Assembly: GCA_907165135.1 (NCBI GenBank)
Contig: OU015567.1
Coordinates: 12,648,001 to 12,712,000 of the forward strand
Direction of reading: 5' to 3'
From: Oikopleura dioica
Lineage: Eukaryota > Animalia > Chordata
DNA: 64,000 nt
This document shows positions 20,354-33,600 of the stretch, in pieces (positions within the stretch are counted from its first letter, which is position 1; each line of letters opens with the position of its first letter). A program made the translations under genes and the position numbers. The notes below the pieces were generated by a model. That model worked only from the letters and a program-made list of their open reading frames with translations. It was not told where the DNA came from and ran no database searches.

Positions 20354-21647
20354 AAACACACAAGAAAATCACTTCTCTTTTTTTCTCAGCGTCTTTAAAA
20401 TTCTACAACTGCAGATTTTTAACATAACTTTTAAATAAACGCATCTCCTCAAAAAATAAACTTTCAATGAATAGCTCTGTATATTGTGCATTTCGTGGAT
20501 CGCCAAGTTTCGAAATTTTGAATTTTGCTCTCTAAAACAACCGGTTGCAAGTATTTTTGGGAAAATAATTATTTTCGGGAGGAATTTGTTATTTGAGCCG
20601 ATTACGAGTCTTGGATCGGATTTTTGTTGTTGCTGTATTTTGAGGATGAAAATGCGAAATTTATACCATAAAACAGCATTAATTGATAATGCTAAAGAGT
20701 ACGTATACTAAAAATTACTCTTGTAGTAGTATCATTCTACTAAATTGAAGTTAAACTGACATTTGTTATGCAAATAACGAGCCTAAGTGTCCTCATGTTC
20801 AAAATATTTAATGAGCCTGTAGTTCAGTCCCCAATACAGTCACACGATATTTAATTATTTTTAACATACAGATATGACGATAGCAACCCCTTTTTTATAT
20901 TCAAGAAATCATGAAAATACCGCGAAAACAAATGAAAATGGCCTCAGAATCGCCCCAGGCTATGAAAAAAAGTTTTTTCCAGGTGTTTTCTAGAGTTTAG
21001 ACGATGACAAAAACGGTCAAGATAATGATTTATCCCCAAGTTGAAATTTTTGTCAAAATTGAAAATTTATATTTTTTCCGACCAATACAATTTGCCTTGA
21101 TTGTGAGAATTCTACGATAGCTCCTTTTTCATTACTGTCTAATTCAACGATACAGAATTTTCTGCAAAACATAAAAGAGGAAACTATCTTCAATTTATCA
21201 ACTCCTATTTCAGAAATCAACTAAATTGGCTTGAAATATTCCGACAGAAGTTTGCGCCTCCCCATCTGATTCGAATCATCAAGCCTCAATCATATTTATC
21301 AGGGATTATCAATTAGTAATCCCCCTGAATTCACGCGCTATCCCGTCGATTCCTCAAAATCGTCAGCGCGCGCATTTGCGCGGCGCGACACTCCGGCTCC
21401 ACCTGCCGTTTTGCGCCGCTCAGTTGGCGCTGTTGCAGCGCGGCGCAGCGAATTCCGCGCGCTCCGTTTTCCGTACTTTTCAGGCAATACAAAAAATTTT
21501 TCAGCCATCTTTTTTATAACAACTCAAAAACAGATAAAAATCCGAGATCGTCGCCGGATAACTGAACAGAGCTAAATAACGAAAATCAAGGAAGAAAACG
21601 TAGAGATTTTTCAAAGAAAAAACAACCGAAGAAAGAAAATTCTCCAG

Positions 21648-24600
21648 ATGAGGAGATTACTTCTTCTCGCTGGGCTGATATCAGCTGATAAACGTAAGTT
21701 TTAAAACTTTTTTTTGAATATTTTTTACGGCAAAAATCTTCATCAATTGTTGGAAATCCGTTTTCTTTTGAATTTCATGGCCAGATTTTCAATTAAAACT
21801 TCCTTATTTTTCGTTATCCATCCGTTTTTGGCCTTGAATTCTTTTCAATAAACGTCTGAATGAGATGTATGAATAGTTCGCTATCGGTCAAGTCAATTGA
21901 TCAAGCCGTTCGAGTCAGTTCGTATTTATTCAGCAAATTTGAAATTTGAAATTTTCTATTTTCAAAATTGGCGATTTCTGTTTACTTCCGAAGGAATAGA
22001 AAAAATTCATTGAACTTCAGCTGCCCTTTTTCCGGAGGGATGAATCTTCACAAAACTGGCAGTTTTGTTTGAGCCCCACTTTCGGGCTTAATCATGCATA
22101 TAACTTGAATTTTCTTGGCATTTCTATAATATTTTAGAAACGAGGCAAGCTGCGTAGCATCACTCTTTTCAGATCTTTTGCCAAGGTCAAATTATACAAA
22201 ATGAAAAATGCCTTATGCAGGAGCCCCTCTTTGAACTCGCCCCCTTTATAAGTGGATTAAAATTTCGCGCCCTGGTACCCTCCCTCCCCTACTTTTTTCG
22301 CTGGTAAAATAAGAAGGGACGCAGCGGGGTGCCATAAACCCACACTGACCTGGTTAGATTATGATTTCTGATTCTAACACACCGGCCAGAAGATTTGATA
22401 TTCGATTCAGATTCCGAATTTGAACCAAATCCAGCTGCTCCTGCAGCTTGGATCATCTCAATTTCTTCTTTGAATAGGACCTCTTTTTCGATGTGTTTCT
22501 TCATAAAAAATAGCCCTAAGAATGGAATGTGGTAGTTATCTCGGCAGTGGCACTTGTGTAAATGGAAAAGTGATTAACGGAAGGGTACACATCGGACGCG
22601 GTCCAGGATCTGCGCCGGCATTAAAATTAAATTAGTAGCCCCGGTAGTGGCTGATCCGACGACGCGGCCATGATTTCCGCCTCTCTCTTCTTTTTTTTGG
22701 AGCTCCATCAAAAATTTCAAATTCTAGCGTACCTTGTCGTGCCACGCAAGTTTTCTTTCGGCCCTTTATTAGCTTTTCCCAGGGTCTACCCGTAGCGCGC
22801 TCCAGCTTTTGATTAGAAAAGAAATTCCTTATCACAAATAATTTTCAAGAGCTTTTTGATCCTCAGGATTAAGGACTTCCGTATAAATAGAAGCTGCACT
22901 AGAAAATTAAGAAAAAGAAATCTCGGAGCTGGTCTATTTACTTTGCGTATCTTTTCTTTCATCGCGCCGCCCCAGATTTTCAAATATTTTCGCGAGGAGT
23001 TGAAAAATTTTCGAAAAATCCCACCCCGATTTCGTTTGATCACCACCTCCTTATCGATCCGAGCAGGTTTCTTCTGCAAATTTTAGCTCGGATTAGCGGG
23101 GATTTACAGATGGGAGTTTTGGGAACATTTGGGCAGAGATTTCTTGTCTAAGTTCCAGTTCGAAGTTTGATTTTGGATTAGTTTTTCGATTTTCGTTCTT
23201 TTATTTGCGAATTTGTCAAAAAAAAACGAACTGAAACTTCTCCTTGAAAATAAATCGTTCTAGTCTGATATAATCTTCTAGCGCTATCAATTTCAAAAAT
23301 TCGTAATTATCCACCGCAGTGAACATGTCCGGGCCGCCCTTTGATAAGTGAGCCGATTTCTTATCTACCTAAATTCGCCTTGCTACCTTCCGATCAGAAA
23401 TCAACCCCTGATCTAATTGGGCTCAGACGCGGCTCAGACTCGCACTGAACTTTTCCCTTTTCTAGAGAGAGGCGATTTCATGGGCAAATATCAAATTCGA
23501 AACACTCAAGTTCCCTCTTTCAGGAGATTTTTTTATCTATCACTCGTAATTCTGCTAAAATTCTGCAAATTCGGAAAATAGTTGCAGCATTATCTCACGC
23601 TCCAGGACTAACAGTTCAATCCGAGCTTTATAGACATAATAGCTGCTTTGCGCGACCCCGAAACAAGCAAGTGGGGATGAAAGGGTCGGATTATGACATT
23701 TTTCCTTCGGCACTCACTCGCTATCTTACCAGCTATAGCTCCTCACATGTAAAAGCCCAGCCGCATATACAAAAATATCGCCCTTTATTTCGAACAAAAT
23801 AAAATAAATCGATCAAGACCAGTGCTAGTTTTTTTTTCGTTGCTCGAAGCTGGAAAATATCAATTTCGCCAAAATGGCACATTCCATATGGCTGCTCAAG
23901 ATCATCCCTTTTTCTAATGGACAAGTCGCGAAACAGCTAATTAGTGTATTAGGCATTTTACAATTGATGCTGATTACATTGCATCGATTTTTTTGATCCT
24001 GGAAAAATGGGCGATTTGGGGCCAAATAATGAGGCGTAAGAATCTATTTTTCCAAAATCAAGTTCTTCGGAAAAACGAGGTTAGAATTTATGAAGAGGTT
24101 CCATCATCATGTTGTAATTAAATTCGATAATAAATGATCTTCTGAAAACGCGTGTTTCGATACTCGAAACATGCCACGATAGTTTGACCCTTTCCCGGTA
24201 ATTCCATAAGCAACGGTACCTAGCCTTCTTCAAACTGGCCTTGTTTGGAACAAAACGGATTTCCGACAAAATTTCTTGCCTCCAGCTAAACCTTCTGCTA
24301 ATCATCTTTTCAGGCTATATCCTCGACACATCAACAGAAACGTCTGACCTTGTCGGCCCGATCGGCAAGAGCTGGCACATTCCACCAGAATCAGAGGTAA
24401 GAATTCGACTATTTCTACAGAAGCAAATGCCAAAATCAACCACGTGTCAGGCTTACCATAATCACATTAAAAACTATTTACTCTATTTGAATTTTTTTCG
24501 CTGCACTTGGCGGACCTCCAGCTTCTTTCCAAGTTGATTTTTTTAGATGAAAACAAACACTATCTTCTGGCAAGAGAAGAGCAGAGTTTTTCGTCTTTGT

Positions 24601-27600
24601 TTTGTCTTTTCTTGCCACTACTGCTGCTTAGCTATTAAATTTCATAAAAGAGAGTTTCCCAAAGGGATCTTTTTTCCAGCGCGAGCTTCTTTTCCAAATT
24701 TACACGCAAATATTCGGCCCCTTGCAAAATCGGATATAGAAAATTGTCACGCAAGTCTATTAACTTCTTTATTGCGCGCACACGTGTTTACTCCAACAAT
24801 TTTAGTGGGAAGATGCCAGTACCAACGATGGCGACGGAATCCACTACCGAGCGTTGCAAATCTGCGAAATTCGAAATCCAAGCGATTCGTATGTTTATTC
24901 CCCGCTCATCCGAACCGAAGGCGCTCAGAAGGTGTTCGTCGAGATCAAGTACTCCCTTAGGTAAGTCAAAAGCGCAGCGCTTGATTAATCCGACAGGGAA
25001 AATCAAACGACAACAAGAGTCTTCCGGGGTTTATATATTTTTTATCCCCGGCGAGTCGTCAAAGTCGGCGTTCAAGCACTCTCGGAAGGCCCCCTAAAGT
25101 ACCCAGACTCCTTTTCAACAGATCAAGTGGCGCCGCTACTTGATACAGATTCTACTATCTACTATCTACTATAAATCTACTATTCGATTAAATAAACCTT
25201 TCTAGGGATTGCAAGATCTGCAGCGAGAGTATCGACATTTTGGTACAGAACGCAGCTGAAACTGGTCTCTTGGCAAACACGCGAAACTGGAGAAAGGTAA
25301 GACTTTGACCTCGTTTTCAAGGCTGGCTGAATATCCAAAATCTTGATGCATGGGGAGGGGGCAATAAATCACTTGTTCTGACCCAAGTGTCAGGTAAAAC
25401 GGCGAAAAATGGTCCGCTATCGGGTTGTTAATCCATCCCTCAATAGCACATCATCATGATCGATGGTTCCTAAACCACGTGACGGAGAAATATATCGATC
25501 AGGATATCCGCTGCTCGTTTACGCGTTTTTATCACCCTCCGAGCTGGTGATAAGAAAAAGAAGCTCTCGAAAACTGGTGTGAAGGATAAAATTCCCGCGT
25601 GGTCGGTTTTCCCTCCTCCCGTGTTCGGTTCTGTCTTGGAGAATCTGTGAGCTAAGGAAACGTGAATATGTTATCATCCGGCGGGGAATTTTCTCCTGAT
25701 AAGGCGCTAGCTACATCGGCCGTTTAATCTTCTCAAGAATGCGCCTCAAGATGTGTTGCGGGTTGCTTAGACGGCCCGACCGGTTTTTGTCGAAATTCGT
25801 TTTTTTGTTTCTGATAAGAAATATATTCGAATATAAACTTTTGAATTTGCGATTGATTGATAAGAGATAGATAAGAAATCTAACCGCAGAGTATTTTTTC
25901 TTACGGCTGCAAAACTCACTTTATACACGAACTGCGGGAAGTTTGATATTTTTCGCGTTTTTCGAATATTTAGGAGACAACCCTTGCCTAGCCACTATGG
26001 CGGGGAAAATTCTTGCGGCCGGCTGGCCACTCGGCCAAAAAGAAAGAGGGGGAACTTGTACTCTTGTTTATAGTTAGTGTTGGCGGCTGTTGGGTGATTG
26101 GTTTTTATCAAAGTCGAGTATTCCAAAACCACAAGTGTATTATTCAACCCGAAAGATTGAAATTCCATTTTTTTTCAAGAAATTTCCATGTTTTGCGGTT
26201 TTCGCTCAAAGAGCTTGAAAAGGGTGTGAAAGGAGTTGAAAACTTCCGGGTTAGAATTATGGCTAGAATTATCGAAGATCGGCGAATTATGTTGTTTCCT
26301 CACTTTTCAAAATCCGCCGAGCGGGTGGGGCAAAAACTGCTTATTTGCTCTCTTTCGTCGCTGGAATTTGAAAGTTGACGGGATGCTTATTTCGCCAGGT
26401 GCCAGGTCTGTGTATCAGAATCAAGCTGGGAGCAGGACCGGAAGTCCGGAAGGGATGAGAGGCTAATTAATTCTGATCGCGTTAATTTTCGCATTAGGAA
26501 TTGTAATTGATTAGCGTCTGGGGAGAAGGCACTCGAGCAGGGAATTTTAAACACGCTTGAGTCCTAAACGATATACAAAAATCCAGCTGGAGTTTTTACA
26601 AGCTCCCTCTCATCCCCTTTTCTGAATAGCACTCCATCGCTCCCAGGGAAGCTCTGAATAGGATCTTTTTCTTGGTAGGTTTTATGATATTTTTTTTTGG
26701 TGAATAAGGAGAAATTTTTCAATAGAAAGAAATTTCGGTAAGACAAAAATGGGATCGTGATCAAACGCGGTTTGGGTTTTTCATTGAATTGAGCGACGCG
26801 ATGTGTGCCCAAACGCGGTCATGTCGTAATCGTAACATCGGATAACAAAGAACGAGCTTAGGCAGCGTATGACAGGGTACATTCACCTTGCCGCTTTTAT
26901 AATTTATTTCCAGTATTAGATTATCTTGGCCTGTTAAAGAAAGTGCTCCTATAAAATAATGAGCTCCTGGAAAACTGCATAAAAGAAGGGTAGATCCAAA
27001 AGTGGACGTACTCAAACGCATGCGGGTTAGATTAGCTTTCCGCGGTGCCCGGCCCCTCAATTTCTTTTCGGCTACACTGATTAGGTACTAACTGCGTTCA
27101 CGTAATTCTCCAGCGCCGAGCTTATCCACCCTCGAGATTTGGTTTATTACACAGAACTTGCGCCGTTCTCACACCTCAGAAACCGCACCCATAGGCAAAA
27201 TTTCCTCGCATACTTTGAATATTCTTTACAGTTATGTGAACGTAACGATAATTGTAAAAAGCGCAATTTAAGTCGCCTGGTCACTTGTAATTCAACGCCT
27301 TTCTGAGCATAAGTGACCACTTTAACCCGAAATCGGCGATGTTCACGAATTTCGGAAGCCGCACTAGAATTTGGCTGATCCGTGCTAGAGTCTGCGTCGG
27401 AATTCCTTTTTATTATCGCAAGAAAACACAGCGGGTTACGTGGCGGCGTGATAAGCCCTTCTATTTGACACGGGACTGTCGAAAAAGCATAAAGCTTTCT
27501 GCCAAACGTGATGCATTCCAGACGCCGAAAATCAGCTCAACGGCGCAATCGGTAAATTACACCCTTGGATATTCTTTGCTGTTTGCGACACTATCTCCTT

Positions 27601-30600
27601 CCCACCCGGTAGTCCGATTTCAAACGCCACTTGAACTTGGGCCGGAACACATTACCGGTGAGGCGGCTCGTTTCCCGCCCATCAGCGGCGGATAGAAGCC
27701 GCTTACTCAAGTGCCTCGTTTGGTGAATCTTCCTTGTAGTTGCTTCGTGTTTTTAGAAAGCGATTTAGAGATGATTTGCATAAGATTACGGCCTTGCTAA
27801 CCTTGCAGTCATAACATTGTTACCTTCACAAAAATACCTAATTTCTACACTCATGTTTGATTTTGCGTACTCCTAGAATTCTTAAGCTAGACATTCTTAT
27901 ACATCTTTTTCTGGAACGCTGTCGGGCCTGGTTAGCTCAGTCGGTAGAGCGTTGGACTCTTAATCCAACGGTCGCGGGTTCGAGCCCCGCATTAGGCTCA
28001 TCTTTTCCCTTTTACATTCTTGAGTTTTTGATTGACACGTGACATGAATGTAACATTCACCATCCGCTGTTTCCGCTCATGTCAGAAACTTACGCAAGGT
28101 TCTGAACCATAAGTACGATCGAATGACGATAAGTCAAGGCTTAAAAAAAGATGGCAACCCCAGAGTTGCGAATTTTGTGAGCTAGCTGAGCTGAGCTATC
28201 TGAGCTAGCTGAGCTACAGCTCAGCTCAGCAATTTTGAGGTAAGGGTCAGCTCAGCTCAGCTCAGCTCAATTTTTCTGAAGAAAACTAGCTCAGCTCAGC
28301 TCAATAGTTTTTCGAAAAGAGCCAGCTCAGCTCAGCTAGCTCAATTTTAACCTCAGCTCAGCTAGCTCAGCTCATCTCAGTCTATTGAGCTGACCAAGAT
28401 CGAACCACTTTTGATTGGTCTTATTTTCAAAAACTTACACGTATTTTCTATTTCTGCTTTCCTGTTGGTCAGTTTTAGATAGAAATAATTCGAGTTTTCT
28501 TTGAAGCAAGAGAGAAATAAGATAAAAATAGCTTTTAATAAAAAATAATAAGGTACAGATGGTAAATATGTGATTGCAAATGTGAGAGACCCCCTAGAAT
28601 GGTCTAGGGGTGTGCGAGGGCAGGGGCTCCCTGTCCGTCTACTCTAGAAGGTTGAAACATTGGCTCACCCACATAAGTGATACCACTGTATCGTATTTTG
28701 GAGGATTTCTTATTGTTAAATGACAGAATAAATTTTTTTTATGTCAAAAAAGTGCGATGTTGCGAGTGAGATGCTGGTCTAGGGGTGTGTGAGGGCAGGG
28801 GCTCCCCTGTCCATCTACTCTAGAAGGTTGAAATTCGCTTCAACACATTTTGTTGACATTTTTTGTAGTAAATAAAAATCAGCTTTCTCAGCTCAGCTCA
28901 GCTAGCTCAGCTCAGCTCAGCTCAGCTCAGCTTAAAAAAATGGTCAGCTCAGCTCAGCTAGCCCAGTTTGAGAAATCATCAGCTCAGCTCAGCTCAGCTC
29001 AAAAATTTTCAAATTTGCCCCAGCTCAGCTCAGCTCAGCTCAATTTTTTTGAAAAAAATCAGCTCAGCTCAGCTTAGCTCAGTTGTTCTTAAAGGGGGCC
29101 AGCTCAGCTCAGCTCAGCTCAATTTCGACCTCAGCTCAGCTAGCTCAGCTCAGAAAAAAATTTCAGAAATTTGCAACTCTGGGCAACCCTAAACAAGGGC
29201 GTATTTATTTAACCCTCCGCGGTCAGGTTTGAGCACTTTGAGCAAGTTTATACGTAGGGTCCTTTTTTCCTTGAGCGGAGTACGAAGGAAGGAGGTTTGA
29301 GGAATCTAGAGTGCGATAAAATAATCGTTACTGAGGTTGATTTATTTGCCCAGGGATCGCGCTAATCCCCAGTTCGCAATTCTTATCATAATTAGGAAAG
29401 AAAGAGTTTCGAGGATTTTTTCGCCGCTCGGAAAACCGGGTGGTATCAGACACTAATGCGGATTAGTACTTGTCTCCCATTTCCTTCTGGAACAGAAACG
29501 CAGCACTTTTTCGTTTCTACTTTTCTTTCCATTGTGAATTGGAATCACTTTTGAAGCTGCTTGAGACGGATACATCCTTAGCTTTTCTCGATCTCAAAAT
29601 GCACCACGAACTGAATTGGCTCCTCTGCTTCCGGTATTCCACGGCAGAGCACTTGAATCACGTTCCCAGTTCACCAATTTGGGATAAAATCGAACTGATC
29701 ACACTCTCTGATCATCGGAGCGGCTCCACTCCACTTGAACATTTCAACCCAGCGATCTTCAATGATGGACACATTTTTCGCACTTAGAGCTGAAGTTTGA
29801 TCGATTTTGGCGTTTTTCACAGTAGCGGGCACTTCACCTGCCTCCCATGCATCAAACTGGGTTCCCTTAAAAATTCTAACAAAGCTAACGTGTTAATTTC
29901 AGGTTGCAACGCTTGAGGACGGATATCAGACGAAAACGATTGAATTGTCGACGAATGGAGACTTTTACTTGGCATACAAGGTAAGAAAAAGAATCTTATA
30001 TCAAGGATATTTAATACTTTAATTCCTACTACTACTGCAGATGGCGATAAAGCTGCCCTTCCGCTGAAAGTACACTCCGTTTTTTCATGTCAAAAGTTGT
30101 AACATGATGTTTGAGAGGCTAATTAATCCAAGCTACTAGTTTTTCAACGTTCCCGATTCCACTTTTCGCCAATAAGTGCCTCACGTGCGGATCGAGTCTA
30201 AAAATCACATTCTTCCGCTGTTTTTCTTAGATATAGCAGCTCCATATTTTGATAGGGGAGATTGTGGTGGAAGGGGACTAGCTATTTGCGGCGCCCCGAT
30301 CGGGACTCTTCTTTTGATAAGGGCTAAGCTGGCGCCGAAATCCATCATGTGTAGGGAAACTCGACGAAAAATGAGCTATTTTGGGCTTAGTAGGGAGGAG
30401 TATAATGCATGTTTAGAAAGCCCAGGAGCTGGGGATCATTTTGACTATTGACAGTAAGGGTTTGACTCATGCCCCGGGGCACTTTGGCCTTCCAAAGAGG
30501 CAAAATCTGGTACTCTCGGGAAAAGGGACCGTAGCTTCTAGTATCCCGGGTCTGTGGATATGAAACCTATACCAGATTGTAGAAGAGACTCTGACGGTTC

Positions 30601-33600
30601 AGAATATGTGTAGAAAACCATCGTTAGGCCCACTCTAGAGGGCGCTAGAGGCCCTAGAACTTGAGGAAGTTGGCCTAAAATCGCCACTCTTGGTCCCAAA
30701 AAGTACGAAACTGTTATTTTATTCGAGTAAAATATATTTAAGAATGTTTTAAACCTAAAATAATATGTCGGAAAAGTATTTTGGGGTCATTGAAGGTCAC
30801 TTGGGGTCATATTTTACAAAAAGAGATTTTCGTAGTAACTCACCCCGGAATATCTCATATGACCCAGAAATACTCTTCTTACATATTTTTATGGATAAAA
30901 AACGTCCTTAAACGTATTCCAGGCGAATAGAATAACAGTTTCGTACTTTTTCGGACCAAGAGTGCCGATTTTCTGCCAACTTCCTAAAGTTCTAGAGCCT
31001 CTAGCGCCCTCAAGAGTGGGCCTAACGATGGTTTTATACACATATTCTGGACCGTCAGAGCCTCTTCTACAACCTGGTATAGGTTTCTTATCCACAGACC
31101 CGGGATACTTGAAGCTACGGTCCGTTTTCCCGAGAGTACCAGATTTTTGCCTCTTTGGAAGGCCAAAAGTGCCCCGGGGCATGAGTCAAACCCCTTACTG
31201 TCAATAGTCAAAATGATCCCCAACTCCTGGGCTTTCTAAACATGTATTATACTCCCTCCCTACTAAGCCCAAAAAAAAGCTCATTTTTCGTCGAGTTTCC
31301 CTAATCATGTGGTGCAAAAACATTTTCATTTTGGAGCTGGATAAGTCCTTTGAAAACAGCCGCCACGAGGCTCCCATCCGCTCACTCAATAGCAGAGCTT
31401 TTGAGTTCGCAGCTGAGTCCTTTTCCTATCTTTCTAGAGTTGCATTTTTTATGTCACTTGTTGGCGCTTTTTTATTAAGAAAAAAGTACTCAGATTCTCG
31501 CTCCCCCAGGTGAAGAAAATCCACTTTTCCTGGCGCATAATTTCCCTTGAAAAACAAGCTCAACTACCTGAATCGCAGTTGAAAATTCTGAATTGAAAAT
31601 TGCAAATTTTAATCCGATTTTTCTAAATTTGCACCTCGGCACAGGCAGGTTTTTCCACCAAAGCCGCAGCGAACTAAAAATCAAATCAGCATCTCAGCTA
31701 TTAAAATATCTTCCAAACGCTCCATTATATTTTTTCAGGATCATGGCGCCTGCGGAGTGATTTTCTACACAAAGATCTACTACAACTTCTGCAAACGGGT
31801 GGAAAACGACCTGGCAGTTTTGAAAACCAGCCTGCTCCTGAACGCCGAGATCTGACCGTGTCTGGCTCTTGTGTCGCTCATGCTATCAGTGCTGATGGCA
31901 ATGGTAAGTTTGAATTAGGATTCATGCAAGATCCTCATTTGCAAATTATGCGTTTATTTAACACCGCCGCTGCGTAGTGATAAGAGCTGCCCTTGCGCAC
32001 CTTCTAAGATGCCATCCGCTGGCTCTAGTACCGAGAACTTTCACGAAATTCTAGCGACGTCATCATTGTTTGAATTCGCTCTCTCGGTGTGACACTATCG
32101 CCGGCGACTTCTGTCAAATAGCTCCTCTCATCTGATCAGTGCTCTGAGCACCACCGCTCCACTTATCGAGCCCCTCTTTTTAACTTCACTAGTCATCAAA
32201 AGTCGGGTGCTGAATTTTAGCGAATTCAATAAAATTCAGCGAGCTTGTGTTATTACATGACTAGACCATAACATTTGGCGTTATCATTATTCATGAAAAA
32301 CAGGGGGATGTATTGTTGTTTTCATTTTTTTCTAAAATTGTAATTTTAGAACCGACTATGACCTGCCTCAGCGACGGAGAGTGGATCAGCCAGCGATCAA
32401 GATGCGTTTGTCAAGCCGGTTATGAGCCCAACCGAGGCAACTACGCCTGTATCCGTAAGTACTAGGCAATCTTAGGAGGCTTATTCTTATGTAATGTGGG
32501 AGAAAAGGAAGCTGCTACTTACAATTAGGGTTATCTAAATCAATGATTGATTGCCAGGGAATGTGTATGAGAACCGGTTATTCACCATGTGGCGGGTTAT
32601 CAGTATGCAGATCCGCGCTTATACACGGCGGGTGATCAGTTTTGAGCCCTTGCCAATTGGGAATAGTAAGGTGAGAGGCAGAGCTAAATACCCCGTGATT
32701 AGCGAATGTTAGAATATCCTTCCGAGAAGCAGTAGAATCATGTAACATCAGCAGCGAGAGGAAAGGGAGGAAACAATTATCAGTGTGAGGGACAACGTGC
32801 TTGCGAGGGTCGTAATTGCGATTGTAGATACGAAAAGAAAACGCATTAGACCGACGGTGACGGCATAATGATAGCACTTAGCTTGCTCAGACTTCTTATG
32901 TAAATGTAAATGTCCGGCCGAGCCTTTTTTGAAAATTTCTTACATAAATCAAATTGAAGCTGAATAAGTATTTTGACAGGAATGCTCCCCCGCGAGACCA
33001 CAGACTCTTCAAGCAGGGACTTTGTAGCAAAACCCGCGAATTATTCGCGTATGGGTAATCACGTTATCCCGCCACGGCCCAAGAATTTTCGCCATTACCC
33101 GATGGAAAGATAGAATTCGCGCTTCTTCAACTAGAGTAGTGATCCCGATGCCAATGTCAACAGTAATTTTCTCCGACCGGGAAAATTGGAAAATTAGATG
33201 CTCTGGAAAAAATATTCCGCGAGCCAAGAAACATACGATTTCTTTTCTGGCGCGAACTTTTGAAGTTGATTCGCCGAAATCATGATTCTCTGAAAATGAG
33301 TACTTAATTATGCAAGGACCCCATAGCACCCTTGTTATGCTTCCCGTCTTGCGGTCTCGCCTCTTCAGCTCTCAGGTCTTGATCGCCGTTTTTGGGAGTC
33401 TCCCAAGAAGAATTCCAAAGCAACGCAAACACTCTTCCATTTGCATGATCTTGGAGGGTGCACTCTGATAAAACCGCGTTTCTAAAATGCATCCGGGAAG
33501 AAATCTTTTAGAAAATCGCTGGAAAAGTCTCAAAATTCGCCCACAACCGCGATGATGATTTACTTATTCCCTAAGCGGGCGAGGTTAATTGTACCTTTTC

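Noticed and set aside
25150-25186. (CTACTAT)n short tandem repeat before Eph exon 4
   Set aside because: Ordinary degenerate microsatellite with no further structure.
28850-29192. ORFs with SSAQL repeats
   Set aside because: Translation of the (CAGCT)n array in a MITE, not a protein gene.
30889-31389. Several 60-100 aa ORFs on both strands
   Set aside because: They lie within the non-coding foldback element arms, and mirror copies appear on the opposite arm.
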